IMG/VR virus record: IMGVR_UViG_3300027749_002876
Location: 62,001-126,000 of that record
Direction: 5' to 3' (one strand)
DNA length: 64,000 bases
Part shown: positions 37,549-46,505 of the stretch, one piece after another
How positions within the stretch are numbered: position 1 is the stretch's first letter
Layout: every line of letters begins with the position of its first letter
Notes under the pieces: model-generated
What the model was told of the DNA's origin: nothing
What the model saw: the letters and a program-made list of their open reading frames with translations, nothing else
Database searches by the model: none
Translations under genes and position numbers: made by a program

Positions 37549-38877
37549 TCAACCTAAATTTTTAAGTTCTGTACTGATGGATTCTAGCACATTGTCCCAT
37601 GTTCCATTTGTCTGACGGAATAGTCTCATGCAATCATAGAATGGGCTATCGTTACGATTCATAAACCAACGCCAATCACACCCGTAATCAGTTAACATCA
37701 CCCAAGTGGGAACTCCCATTGCACCACTCAGGTGAGGGATAACTGTATCAATTGATATCACCAAATCTAGTTGGCTAATTAATCCTGCTGTATTGTAAAA
37801 GCCAGTTAAGTTTTCATGGAATGTTTTGACATTATACTTTGCTAATGTCTCCAATATTTGTTCATCCACTTCATATGATAGACTAATAAATTCATAATCA
37901 TCATTTGTTATTGATAATAATTGTTCTAATTCAATTCTACGGAAGCGTGATATGAATGCAATCTTATTTGGACTAGACAATAATCCAATTCGTTTTTTAG
38001 TCTTGGGGCCTAACAATTGTTTCCACAACTGTTTCATACCTTCATCTACATCTAAATAAGGAGTAGAATAAGGGATCGTATCAATGGTTGTACTAAAACA
38101 TTTTGGTATATCCATCAATGCAACATGATAGTGATATGGTGGTATCTGTGCGTCAGCATTTAGTACAGTCAAGTCAGGCAAGTTATATTTAAACAAATCA
38201 TACAATTGTGGTTTGGTTATAACTGTTACTTCTGCACCCTTGTCTTTTAATTGTTTTGCAAAACGAATAAATTGAACACTATCACCAAATCCCTGTTCAT
38301 AGTATACGAGAACTTTCTTACCTATAATATCTTGTGATCCATCATATTCTGGCCCGGGCAAGTTAGGCTTAAGGCTTATGTCGCTTTGATAATACCAACG
38401 TGCTTCATACTTCTTCCAACCTTCAATCAAATCACCTTTCATTAAATGACTAACTGATTCGTTTAACTCATAGTTAACATTATTAGGAGTGAGACCTTGT
38501 GCTATTTGTAAAAAAGGAATAGCAAGTTCAGGTAATCCAAACTCACGCAAGGTGTTGCCGTAATTACTGTATGCTGTTGAATGTTTGGGGTCGAGAGCAA
38601 AGGTGTGTGCAAATGTAATTAATGCTTCCCTATAATGTCCCAAACTGCGTAATGCTGTTCCTCTACTTAGCCAACTTTCAACATAGTTATGACTGCATGG
38701 TAATTCAAAGCATTCTAATGCTTCTACATCTCTACCTAACTGTGATAGTGTAATGCCAAGATTATGCCACACTATATAATTCTGTGGCTCTTGTTCTAAA
38801 AATCTTCTGTAACATTCACTGGCTTCGTGATACTCTTTAGCCATGTAGTGAATGTTACCTTGTTCAAAGTCGTTCAT
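37549..38877 (-). CDS. TPR-repeat glycosyltransferase (GT9-like C-terminus)
   Basis: TPRs; EGW..YE.RW, EQGFGD..QF.RF, TA.LI..LDLVISIDT...HL.GA.G.PTW, W.W..R.DSP.Y..RLFRQ. Confidence 0.9.
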   Translation of the reverse strand: MNDFEQGNIHYMAKEYHEASECYRRFLEQEPQNYIVWHNLGITLSQLGRDVEALECFELPCSHNYVESWLSRGTALRSLGHYREALITFAHTFALDPKHSTAYSNYGNTLREFGLPELAIPFLQIAQGLTPNNVNYELNESVSHLMKGDLIEGWKKYEARWYYQSDISLKPNLPGPEYDGSQDIIGKKVLVYYEQGFGDSVQFIRFAKQLKDKGAEVTVITKPQLYDLFKYNLPDLTVLNADAQIPPYHYHVALMDIPKCFSTTIDTIPYSTPYLDVDEGMKQLWKQLLGPKTKKRIGLLSSPNKIAFISRFRRIELEQLLSITNDDYEFISLSYEVDEQILETLAKYNVKTFHENLTGFYNTAGLISQLDLVISIDTVIPHLSGAMGVPTWVMLTDYGCDWRWFMNRNDSPFYDCMRLFRQTNGTWDNVLESISTELKNLG

Positions 38878-39164
38878 TCTATCGTAAAATTAACTTGTTT
38901 AACTTTCTTGATAGTGAAGCTACGCCACTCTTTTTTCTCTAAATCAAATACACGCATACTTGTAGCTGATTCTTTGCGTGGTTTTGCATCCTCTTTGATT
39001 TCAACCTTAGGTAATTGGTTTGGCACTAGAGTACATTTCATTACACGCTCAGTACCATCTGATTTGGTGAATGTCACTGTACCTTCACTTACTCGCAACA
39101 TACCACTTAACCATTCAGTAAACTTGTCCCAATCTTTATCGGTCCATTCTGTGGTGATGTTCAT
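38874..39164 (-). CDS. WYL-like SH3-fold phage protein
   Basis: VTFTK.DGTERVMKCTL...VFDL.K.EWRSF. Confidence 0.75.
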   Translation of the reverse strand: MNITTEWTDKDWDKFTEWLSGMLRVSEGTVTFTKSDGTERVMKCTLVPNQLPKVEIKEDAKPRKESATSMRVFDLEKKEWRSFTIKKVKQVNFTIE

Positions 39165-39484
39165 TTTGTCATTCCTAAAATAGTTTTTGCTCTAGCAACG
39201 AGTTCATCATCACTATCATCAAAAGTGTAACCTTCTTCAATTAACTTAAGAGTGTAGTATTTGTTGAAGAACAATCCAAATACTACTGCGGTGATAATCC
39301 AAAAGGGCAAAGTTAACACATGAATGATTAAACATATTAGTGTGATTAGCAATTCACCTCGATATAGAGGAACTAACCATCCCATATTAAAGATACCTAA
39401 TAAAAAGTAGCTGTAACTAAAACCTATGTATCCATCTTTAGTGATACCGGTTTTCTTGTTTATCATTTTAATTGCAGTTGTCAT
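39161..39484 (-). CDS. Membrane protein
   Basis: GFS...F...W.VPL.RG...N..Y...L...GY. Confidence 0.65.
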   Translation of the reverse strand: MTTAIKMINKKTGITKDGYIGFSYSYFLLGIFNMGWLVPLYRGELLITLICLIIHVLTLPFWIITAVVFGLFFNKYYTLKLIEEGYTFDDSDDELVARAKTILGMTK

Positions 39485-39771
39485 TATGTCATCATCCTTA
39501 TTAATCCTATACTATCAATGGACACTAGCAGTAGATAGTTAGCCAGCATGCCAAAAGATTTCCTAGTCCAACTAGCCCAAGCATACAAAGCACAACCAGT
39601 AATCCAAATGGGATAAAGAGCAAGAAGCGGAGGAGTGGGGACTGTAACCGCCATAGTAATACTGCATCCAATACTAATAGCCCATGCAAGAAGCTCAATA
39701 GCAAAGCGAATTCTGTTAGACTTAAAGTCATCTTTTATCCACGAAAAAATACCATAAAAAATATCGTTCAT
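39484..39771 (-). CDS. Membrane protein, probably leaderless
   Basis: Three hydrophobic segments; ATG 6 nt after TATAAT. Confidence 0.7.
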   Translation of the reverse strand: MNDIFYGIFSWIKDDFKSNRIRFAIELLAWAISIGCSITMAVTVPTPPLLALYPIWITGCALYAWASWTRKSFGMLANYLLLVSIDSIGLIRMMT

Positions 39772-39816
39772 ACGTGTATTATAACATAATGAACGATATT
39801 GTACAAGTTACTTTGG

Positions 39817-40134
39817 TCACTGATTACAGGTTCGTGTACGAGTAATAGTGCCATCTGAGTTTTGTGTTTCAGTCCATGGGGTACAGTTTTGATTTTGTTG
39901 AACTATAACAGGCTGTTGTTGCTGTACAACTACTGGAGGTTGCTGAACAACTACTGGTCGATTATAGATATCATAAATTACTGCTCCAGCTAGTGCGCCG
40001 CCGAGTACAGGTCCCCAGCCCCAACCACCGCCACGATAACCACCGTGACCATAATGTCCGTGATGACCATAATGCTGTGCTGATGCTGAACCAGCTAGTA
40101 AAATCAATGATATTGCTAATATAACTTTTTTCAT
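39817..40134 (-). CDS. Secreted Gly/His/Gln-rich protein
   Basis: Signal peptide; AGGAG SD. Confidence 0.7.
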   Translation of the reverse strand: MKKVILAISLILLAGSASAQHYGHHGHYGHGGYRGGGWGWGPVLGGALAGAVIYDIYNRPVVVQQPPVVVQQQQPVIVQQNQNCTPWTETQNSDGTITRTRTCNQ

Positions 40135-40166
40135 AACTATCTCCTGTGTTATACTTATATAACGTG

Positions 40167-40700
40167 TCAGACCAATGATTCGTTGACACGGTGACTGTCG
40201 ATTGCCTCTTGTAAAACAAACTCTATCATCTTATTTAGTGTAATGTCACGCTTGTGCGCTTCCTTGGCTAAATGAAGTATTAGGTCATCATCCAAATCAA
40301 CTTCTATTTGTACACGGGTATCCCAATACTCACCGTTGAACATTGCTTTTGCTTTTTCTAGGAAATCTTCTTCTACATCCAGATCAATCCACTTAACATC
40401 ATCCCATGCCTGATCGGGATCGACATTGCGTTCTGTTGCTTCATTAAGGTAAGCATCTTTAAACAAAGCATTTGTCCAACGATAGGGCTTATCATAGCGT
40501 TCGTCATTGGGCCAAGCATCACGTTTAAGTGAGGCGTCAGCCTGGTATACAGTTTGATCTACAGTACTATACAATACACTAACGTGACCATAGTCACTTT
40601 CATAGTCTAAGAATCGTGCATCAGGAAAGCATTGCCATTGATATTCAGAACCACCGGTGATTTGGTGATTCATTGCTTCGTTAATCTGGTTCAATTTCAT
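40167..40700 (-). CDS. Hypothetical protein with C-terminal ribbon-helix-helix-like segment
   Basis: EAHKRDITLNKMIE..L. Confidence 0.7.
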   Translation of the reverse strand: MKLNQINEAMNHQITGGSEYQWQCFPDARFLDYESDYGHVSVLYSTVDQTVYQADASLKRDAWPNDERYDKPYRWTNALFKDAYLNEATERNVDPDQAWDDVKWIDLDVEEDFLEKAKAMFNGEYWDTRVQIEVDLDDDLILHLAKEAHKRDITLNKMIEFVLQEAIDSHRVNESLV

Positions 40701-40908
40701 GTGTGTCTTTCAAAATTTTAATACATTGTTTTTTGATATGTTCCGGAATAGAATGTAACCGTAATAATATCTCACATTTATAACTAACAGTAATAGTTGG
40801 TTCTTCGATTTCAGGTTCTTCTAAAATCATCCAACCAAAGATCACTATTGCTATGATTATAGCAAGAATTCTCTTAACTGTCAACTCATATTTTTCCCAA
40901 AGACTCAT
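40681..40908 (-). CDS. Small membrane protein
   Basis: TM segment; ATAAATA-5-ATG. Confidence 0.55.
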   Translation of the reverse strand: MSLWEKYELTVKRILAIIIAIVIFGWMILEEPEIEEPTITVSYKCEILLRLHSIPEHIKKQCIKILKDTHEIEPD

Positions 40909-40942
40909 ATCGTTATTTATGAGTCCTCTGAGATATTGCTAA

Positions 40943-41236
40943 TTAATCACCCGAATCAATTTGATATCTGTCACCGCAATGTTTACAAGTGTAGCCGGTC
41001 AAGCATCTGCCGTCTGATTTGGTTGTGTAATGATGGTTGCACGGTGCACCTTCGGCATTCAATCGTACTTCACCCTTAGGGGATCCATACATATACTGTC
41101 CACCGCAGTTATGACAACCACGTTGTGTCTTATCTTTATTCCAAGAATAAGCTTTTTCTTGTTCCGTCAAATTGACATAACAAGTCCCGTTACATACAGG
41201 ACATACTCCATATCCATCTCTCATACTAAAATCCAT
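40943..41236 (-). CDS. Zinc-finger protein
   Basis: CPVCNG, CHNCGG, C.H, CKHCG. Confidence 0.7.
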   Translation of the reverse strand: MDFSMRDGYGVCPVCNGTCYVNLTEQEKAYSWNKDKTQRGCHNCGGQYMYGSPKGEVRLNAEGAPCNHHYTTKSDGRCLTGYTCKHCGDRYQIDSGD

Positions 41237-41308
41237 CCTTTAAAATTATTGCCAGACCCATCACAATGACGGGTAACATTACGATAATCAAGTTAGTAAT
41301 TGCTTGCA

Positions 41309-41647
41309 TTATTTTACTCCAAATGTGTTCAATGCTGGTTGCAATGTGTTAATCAATAGTGTTTCACGCTCATGAGCAGGGCGCTTGCCACGCACAACTT
41401 CCAACTTACCGAACACAAAACGCTCGGCACCACGCTCACGCAAAGCACGAGACAGGCCCCAGTTTTTGTTCTCAGTCATAGCCCGTTGCATATGTTTTTG
41501 CATACGACGGCGTAGTGTCAAAAACACATTGCCTTTGTATGAAAGAGCAGTCAAACCAATGTAGTACTCAAGTGTTACAGTATCTTGGATAAAGTAGATA
41601 ACTTGATTTCTATCAGTTCTACGCTTGCGGACGATTTTCGAGTTCAT
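41309..41647 (-). CDS. GIY-YIG-like nuclease domain protein, probably leaderless
   Basis: VIY.I......YYIG.T...R...H...E...I....P.LN; promoter at 41654-41682. Confidence 0.7.
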   Translation of the reverse strand: MNSKIVRKRRTDRNQVIYFIQDTVTLEYYIGLTALSYKGNVFLTLRRRMQKHMQRAMTENKNWGLSRALRERGAERFVFGKLEVVRGKRPAHERETLLINTLQPALNTFGVK

Positions 41648-41684
41648 AAGTGTATTATATACCCAAATTGATTTATTGTCAACC

Positions 41685-41909
41685 TCAGAATGCTCGGTAC
41701 AATCCAAGCATACAAATAACAACTGATACGATATTCACTACCATTTGTGCATTGTTGCGAACCCGGTAAGCCCATGTAAGAAAGAATACAGTTCCAAAAC
41801 TGAATGCTATAATGTTATATGGATCCATATTGCCCATCGAGTTCAGGATATGACCTGCTATGATGAAAACTACCCCTGTCCACTGAATGATGTCATTTGT
41901 TTTATTCAT
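41685..41909 (-). CDS. Small membrane protein, probably leaderless
   Basis: ATG 6 nt after TATAAT. Confidence 0.65.
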   Translation of the reverse strand: MNKTNDIIQWTGVVFIIAGHILNSMGNMDPYNIIAFSFGTVFFLTWAYRVRNNAQMVVNIVSVVICMLGLYRAF

Positions 41910-41915
41910 AGATGA

Positions 41916-42060
41916 ATTATACACTAAAGCCCATTTATTGTCAACTGTTGGTAAAATCGCTAGAAGTGTATCAGAGTGCGTTCCTGAATCCTCTAGCGAT
42001 TTTGAAGCCCCTGAGGGGGCAAAAGTAGTACTTTTGTTTCTTAAATATGTAGTACTAAAG
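41916..42060 (-). repeat. Non-coding element, copy B (inverted relative to copy A), ending in an early promoter
   Basis: AAAATCGCTAGA...TCTAGCGATTTT 12-bp inverted repeat at 41953-42003; GCCCC-TGA-GGGGGC. Confidence 0.9.
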
Positions 42061-42062
42061 TA

Positions 42063-42341
42063 TTAGTGTACTACTTCACCTACCGAAGTATTCATATAAG
42101 TTCTAATTTCTTTATATAAATCCTTTTGAGTATATCCTAAATCGGCTAATTCTTGTATTAATGCTACAAATAATCCATGAGTAGCAATACCGGGAATATA
42201 TTCAGGATCATCATTATTATTTTCAAATTCTTCTAATAATGGTAATAAATTATCATATATAAAATCACACGCTAATAATGCACTATTTTCTATTTGTTCT
42301 ACTTCTTCACTAGTACTAACCATTTTAACTTCTTTTACCAT
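42063..42341 (-). CDS. Acidic hypothetical protein
   Basis: Coupled ORF, very AT-rich. Confidence 0.6.
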   Translation of the reverse strand: MVKEVKMVSTSEEVEQIENSALLACDFIYDNLLPLLEEFENNNDDPEYIPGIATHGLFVALIQELADLGYTQKDLYKEIRTYMNTSVGEVVH

Positions 42342-42345
42342 AATA

Positions 42346-42795
42346 TTACTCACTAATTGTTTTAGTATATTCATAGTTAATGGTTTCTATATTCTCACGG
42401 AATATAATAGCACCATTTTTTAAATGAAATCTTCTAGCCATTTCTGTTTTAGGACTTAATGTCACAAATCTATTTACACTAGGATATTGTTCCTGAATAC
42501 CTTTTACCGCTTGTATTAATAAATCACGACCTTTACCGGCTTTATAACTCCATATGGTATAGAATACTGCTGTAGTTGGGACCTCAGATACATGTGATAA
42601 ATCATCTACACCGGCTGGAACAAAATCATGAAAACTAACACATACCATTGCATCCGGATCATCATCATTACTAGATAATGCCGCAACCATTCTTCCATTA
42701 GTTACTCTGAAATCAGTAGATATTTCTGGTCGTACAGGATCGTCTTTAATAAATGATAATAGTTTGTGTGTTAGGTCTGTGATAAAATGTAGCAT
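42346..42795 (-). CDS. GNAT-fold protein resembling the malonyl-CoA decarboxylase catalytic core
   Basis: TAVFYTIWS...G.G..L....V......P...RFVTLSP. Confidence 0.55.
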   Translation of the reverse strand: MLHFITDLTHKLLSFIKDDPVRPEISTDFRVTNGRMVAALSSNDDDPDAMVCVSFHDFVPAGVDDLSHVSEVPTTAVFYTIWSYKAGKGRDLLIQAVKGIQEQYPSVNRFVTLSPKTEMARRFHLKNGAIIFRENIETINYEYTKTISE

Positions 42796-42860
42796 GGTGT
42801 TCTCTTTTGTGTATTTATACTATATCGTAAATATACGAGTATTTAGTTTACCCACTAAAT

Positions 42861-43754
42861 ATGAGTATGTCAGAAATATTGCAATGGTCTACTGGATTAA
42901 ATGGGTACAAAAAACATACCCTGCATGATAATCATTTTACTACAGAATTAACAGAATGTCAATTTGAACCGGGTAGAAGTGTGGATGATATATTCTATGA
43001 CCATTTAGTAGATTGCCCAAATAGTCCAATTGAGTTACTCTATAGCGGCGGATTGGATAGTGAACTGGTTCTTATGTCTTTATTAAAAAATAAGATACCA
43101 GTAGAAGCAATGACTATGGTTATTACTATTAAAGGTGCAATATTGAATGTAGTGGATCTGTATTACTCAGAAAAGTTTTGTAGGGAAAATAATGTCAAAC
43201 AGAATTTATTCTACTTTGATGCTATTGACTTTTATGAGAGCGGTAAGTATTTAGAGTATGCTCTGCCATTTAAAATAACAGAACCGCATGTTCCTAGTCA
43301 TTTTTGGTTAATAGAACAATGTCATAACTACCCAATCGTTGGTGGTGATTGGCCCTGGCTACAAGCAGAGAAAAATGTGTTGAGTCCATTTAAATTGGCA
43401 TTCAGTAGTTATGAACGATTCATGCAATCAAAGAGTATACCCGGTATAGGCAACATGATAAGTCACAGCTTTGAATCTAGTTATCATTTCATTGAACAGC
43501 ATTTAAAAGAACATAAGAGGGGTAATGATAAATTTCATACAGTGCCTTTCTTAAAGTACAAGATGTATGGTACAAAGGAACCTAGAATAAAAAGTTATGG
43601 TTGGGAACAATGTCCTAGAGAACTTTTTAACATTACTAAATATCAAATTGAATTATTAAAAAAACTTGGTGTCCCAAAGTCTAATATAGTTTGGGGCAAT
43701 CAAGTTGCAACTTTAATTAACTCAACTGTAACATCTAATAATCTTTTTATATGA
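42861..43754 (+). CDS. PP-loop (adenine nucleotide alpha-hydrolase-like) protein
   Basis: LLYSGGLDSE. Confidence 0.7.
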   Translation: MSMSEILQWSTGLNGYKKHTLHDNHFTTELTECQFEPGRSVDDIFYDHLVDCPNSPIELLYSGGLDSELVLMSLLKNKIPVEAMTMVITIKGAILNVVDLYYSEKFCRENNVKQNLFYFDAIDFYESGKYLEYALPFKITEPHVPSHFWLIEQCHNYPIVGGDWPWLQAEKNVLSPFKLAFSSYERFMQSKSIPGIGNMISHSFESSYHFIEQHLKEHKRGNDKFHTVPFLKYKMYGTKEPRIKSYGWEQCPRELFNITKYQIELLKKLGVPKSNIVWGNQVATLINSTVTSNNLFI

Positions 43755-44326
43755 ATATCCACGAATCATTCTCACATAGTTTAGTACAAAGCAAGTTATG
43801 GTTATGTGAAAGAATAGAACAGGTTATTGATAATGAAGGTATCAAGAATCCTGCAGTCAACATATTAGCCAGTTGGGATAGCTTATTAGCTTTTATGATG
43901 CTAACAAGACGCCCTAGATTTTATGGTATTGTTAATGCGTATGACATTGATCCAATTGCAACAGAAAATGCAAACAAGTTATGCGACCATTGGCAATTTG
44001 AATATCCTAAGGTTTACAACCACACAAGAGACATAAACACCCTTGACTTTAGTAACACCGGAAGTGAATCTATCTTTATCAATTGTAGTGTTGACCAATT
44101 AGATAACACAAGTTGGTATGATGTTATACCTGACAACAGATTGGTATGTTTTCAAAGCACAAACTTACCTATTAATACAATTGATTGGGATATAAAGCAA
44201 AGTTATGCTGATATGTCATTGTTCACTGAAACATATAAAGTTCAAAAACTAATTTACTGTGACTCAATTAACATCAACTATGAGCATTTAAGATTCAAAC
44301 GCCACATGATGATTGGTGTCAAGTAA
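43751..44326 (+). CDS. SAM-dependent methyltransferase-like protein
   Basis: SK.WL, AYDIDP, INCS, RHM.IG.K. Confidence 0.6.
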   Translation: MNIHESFSHSLVQSKLWLCERIEQVIDNEGIKNPAVNILASWDSLLAFMMLTRRPRFYGIVNAYDIDPIATENANKLCDHWQFEYPKVYNHTRDINTLDFSNTGSESIFINCSVDQLDNTSWYDVIPDNRLVCFQSTNLPINTIDWDIKQSYADMSLFTETYKVQKLIYCDSININYEHLRFKRHMMIGVK

Positions 44327-45509
44327 CATCTTTCATGTAGTACATTTTAGAATAGCATCCTAACGTGCCTTGATACGGATCTTCTTTGTTAAAGATATTA
44401 GCATAGTGTGTTTTCAAATAAGTCATAGCGTCACTAAAGTTGTGTGCTGACTTCCATTTATCATCTGTGGCATTTTTTAGTAGTCGCTGAAATACTTGTT
44501 CACGACCCTCAGTCTTATACTTACTCTTACCATTCTGAATACTTAGATTAATATTCCATGCCGCGCCCCTACCAGATGCAATACAAAAATCATCATAGTA
44601 TTCACTGTGACTGTTGCCGCAATAATCTTTTAAAAATTCACTTGTAATTTTATTTGATTTAATTACTTTTTCAGGTCTAGTGATAGAAAAACTCGTAGGA
44701 GCGGAGCCTAATTTAGTATTAATTAATGGATCAATTTGCTCTGGTTTGTATATTACAGTAGTACCATACATTCTCTCAATATGATTTAATGTCATCCATG
44801 ATTGTTTCAGATGAAGTTTAGGCATGTCCGGAGCATAATAAAACAACTCAATGTTTAGAATGTCAGTCATATACGTTTCCATAGTCTTATCAATGACTGT
44901 AGAATAATACTTACCATCTTCTAATACAATACGTGGTTTATCAACACCTAAGATAACACCGTGATTAGGTTCATCGGCATGCATGATGCTTTTAACATAG
45001 AAGCTAAAATTAGTTGGTTGAAAGTAACCATGTGTCAATGCACTAGCCGGTTTCTCTAGCCAATCATCTAAGAAATAATTATCAAAATCTTCTGGACCTA
45101 CATCAACTGTGGTAATCTTTGTATTTGGGTATGCTTTCAAAAACTCTTGTACTTGCGGATATATTAAACGAATCAATTCATCTTGTCGTACAGGGTTTGT
45201 TCGTAGGTTTAACAATACAATTTCATCTAATGGTATATTAAAATGATAAAAACATCTTAGAATGTGATGACTATCACGGCCTGCGCTATAGAACAAACTT
45301 AGCTTGTTATAACGCTGACGCAATTGTGTACATCTATCATAACACAATTGATCCCATGTTTCTGTTGGTTCAACTGTCCAGTCTAATGTGTCATATGCTT
45401 CTTCATAAAAGTAGAAGTGTGGTTTAGTTTTTAATTTGTATGCGGCTCTCCACGCATCAATTTGACTTGATGTTCTGTTTCCGTCTACGATCCAATGTGG
45501 TAAATACAT
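44319..45509 (-). CDS. PP-loop protein
   Basis: LFYSAGRDSH.IL..F, G.DKP. Confidence 0.65.
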   Translation of the reverse strand: MYLPHWIVDGNRTSSQIDAWRAAYKLKTKPHFYFYEEAYDTLDWTVEPTETWDQLCYDRCTQLRQRYNKLSLFYSAGRDSHHILRCFYHFNIPLDEIVLLNLRTNPVRQDELIRLIYPQVQEFLKAYPNTKITTVDVGPEDFDNYFLDDWLEKPASALTHGYFQPTNFSFYVKSIMHADEPNHGVILGVDKPRIVLEDGKYYSTVIDKTMETYMTDILNIELFYYAPDMPKLHLKQSWMTLNHIERMYGTTVIYKPEQIDPLINTKLGSAPTSFSITRPEKVIKSNKITSEFLKDYCGNSHSEYYDDFCIASGRGAAWNINLSIQNGKSKYKTEGREQVFQRLLKNATDDKWKSAHNFSDAMTYLKTHYANIFNKEDPYQGTLGCYSKMYYMKDVT

Positions 45510-45510
45510 A

Positions 45511-46392
45511 TTATTTCTTCGCTACTGATTTTACAATGTTTCTAATTTCTTCTGTTGTATAAAACATAGGGCCCGATGACATTGATTCTAATCTGTTCAA
45601 TACATCAATATCCTTGTTGCATTCGTATATTGAATTTACTAACATACTTCTTGCTTCTTTACTAGCAGAAGGGTTTACACTTAACAGAATACCCAAAGGC
45701 ATTTTACTCAATTTTTTACTAAAAGTTTGTACGCTTTCGTGATTGTACTTGTTTGCTGTTCGTTTGTCAAACGTACTGGCAATGATTTTGACCTTTCCTG
45801 ATTCAATCATTGGCTTCGCTCCAATGTATGTGTCTAGTAGGATATCCAAACTACCATTCACTGTATCAGTTAACATGTTGACATTGTTTTTATAAGGTAT
45901 AACTTGATACGGGATGTTCAACTCAGTAAACAATGTCTCAATCATAAAGTTACCTAACACTGTGCTTGAACCTGCATTGATTGGTCTAGTCTTTGATAGT
46001 GTTCTCAACTCATCAATTGTATCAGTCTTGCCTGTCTTACCTACAAACACCATTGCAATTTGATTCATGTATACAGTTGGATTAATATCTTCTAGTAAGT
46101 CAATATTAGGAAAGCTACCCAACATGTTCAGCCCAAAATTTCCCACTAACAAGTTAGTAACCTTGTCAGTATCTTTTGCTTGCTGTAATGTGTTGATTGC
46201 TATTAAACCATTTGCACCCGGTTTGAATTCTTTTAATACATTAATCTTTTGACGTTCTAAACAACCAGTATAGGTATCCACAACTATATCAGATCCTGAT
46301 CCGGGTCCAGAACTTAGTATGAATTTATACGTGTGTATTTGAGCGTGTGCAATACCAAATAATAGTAAAAATAATGCTAATAGTTTTTTCAT
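45511..46392 (-). CDS. Bug/TctC-family periplasmic binding protein
   Basis: Signal peptide; PGSGSD, KPGANG.IA, IPYK, G.VK.IA. Confidence 0.75.
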   Translation of the reverse strand: MKKLLALFLLLFGIAHAQIHTYKFILSSGPGSGSDIVVDTYTGCLERQKINVLKEFKPGANGLIAINTLQQAKDTDKVTNLLVGNFGLNMLGSFPNIDLLEDINPTVYMNQIAMVFVGKTGKTDTIDELRTLSKTRPINAGSSTVLGNFMIETLFTELNIPYQVIPYKNNVNMLTDTVNGSLDILLDTYIGAKPMIESGKVKIIASTFDKRTANKYNHESVQTFSKKLSKMPLGILLSVNPSASKEARSMLVNSIYECNKDIDVLNRLESMSSGPMFYTTEEIRNIVKSVAKK

Positions 46393-46406
46393 TCAACTAT
46401 TTATAT

Positions 46407-46505
46407 AGAGATAAAGCTCACTTTAGATTTCCTAGTAGCGAATTAGTACGTCAAGCCAGCAGCCGGCTACACCACGGTAACGAGTACCGGTCCTAAGGTG
46501 ATTTC
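46407..46505 (-). ncRNA. Candidate multi-stem structured RNA
   Basis: GC-rich intergenic island; stems UCACCUUAG/CUAAAGUGA, CGGUA/UACCG, AGCCG/UGGCU. Confidence 0.5.

Noticed and set aside
46470-46503. Twister ribozyme suggested by CCGGTCCTAAG
   Set aside because: The GCC needed to close that stem and the other conserved twister segments are missing
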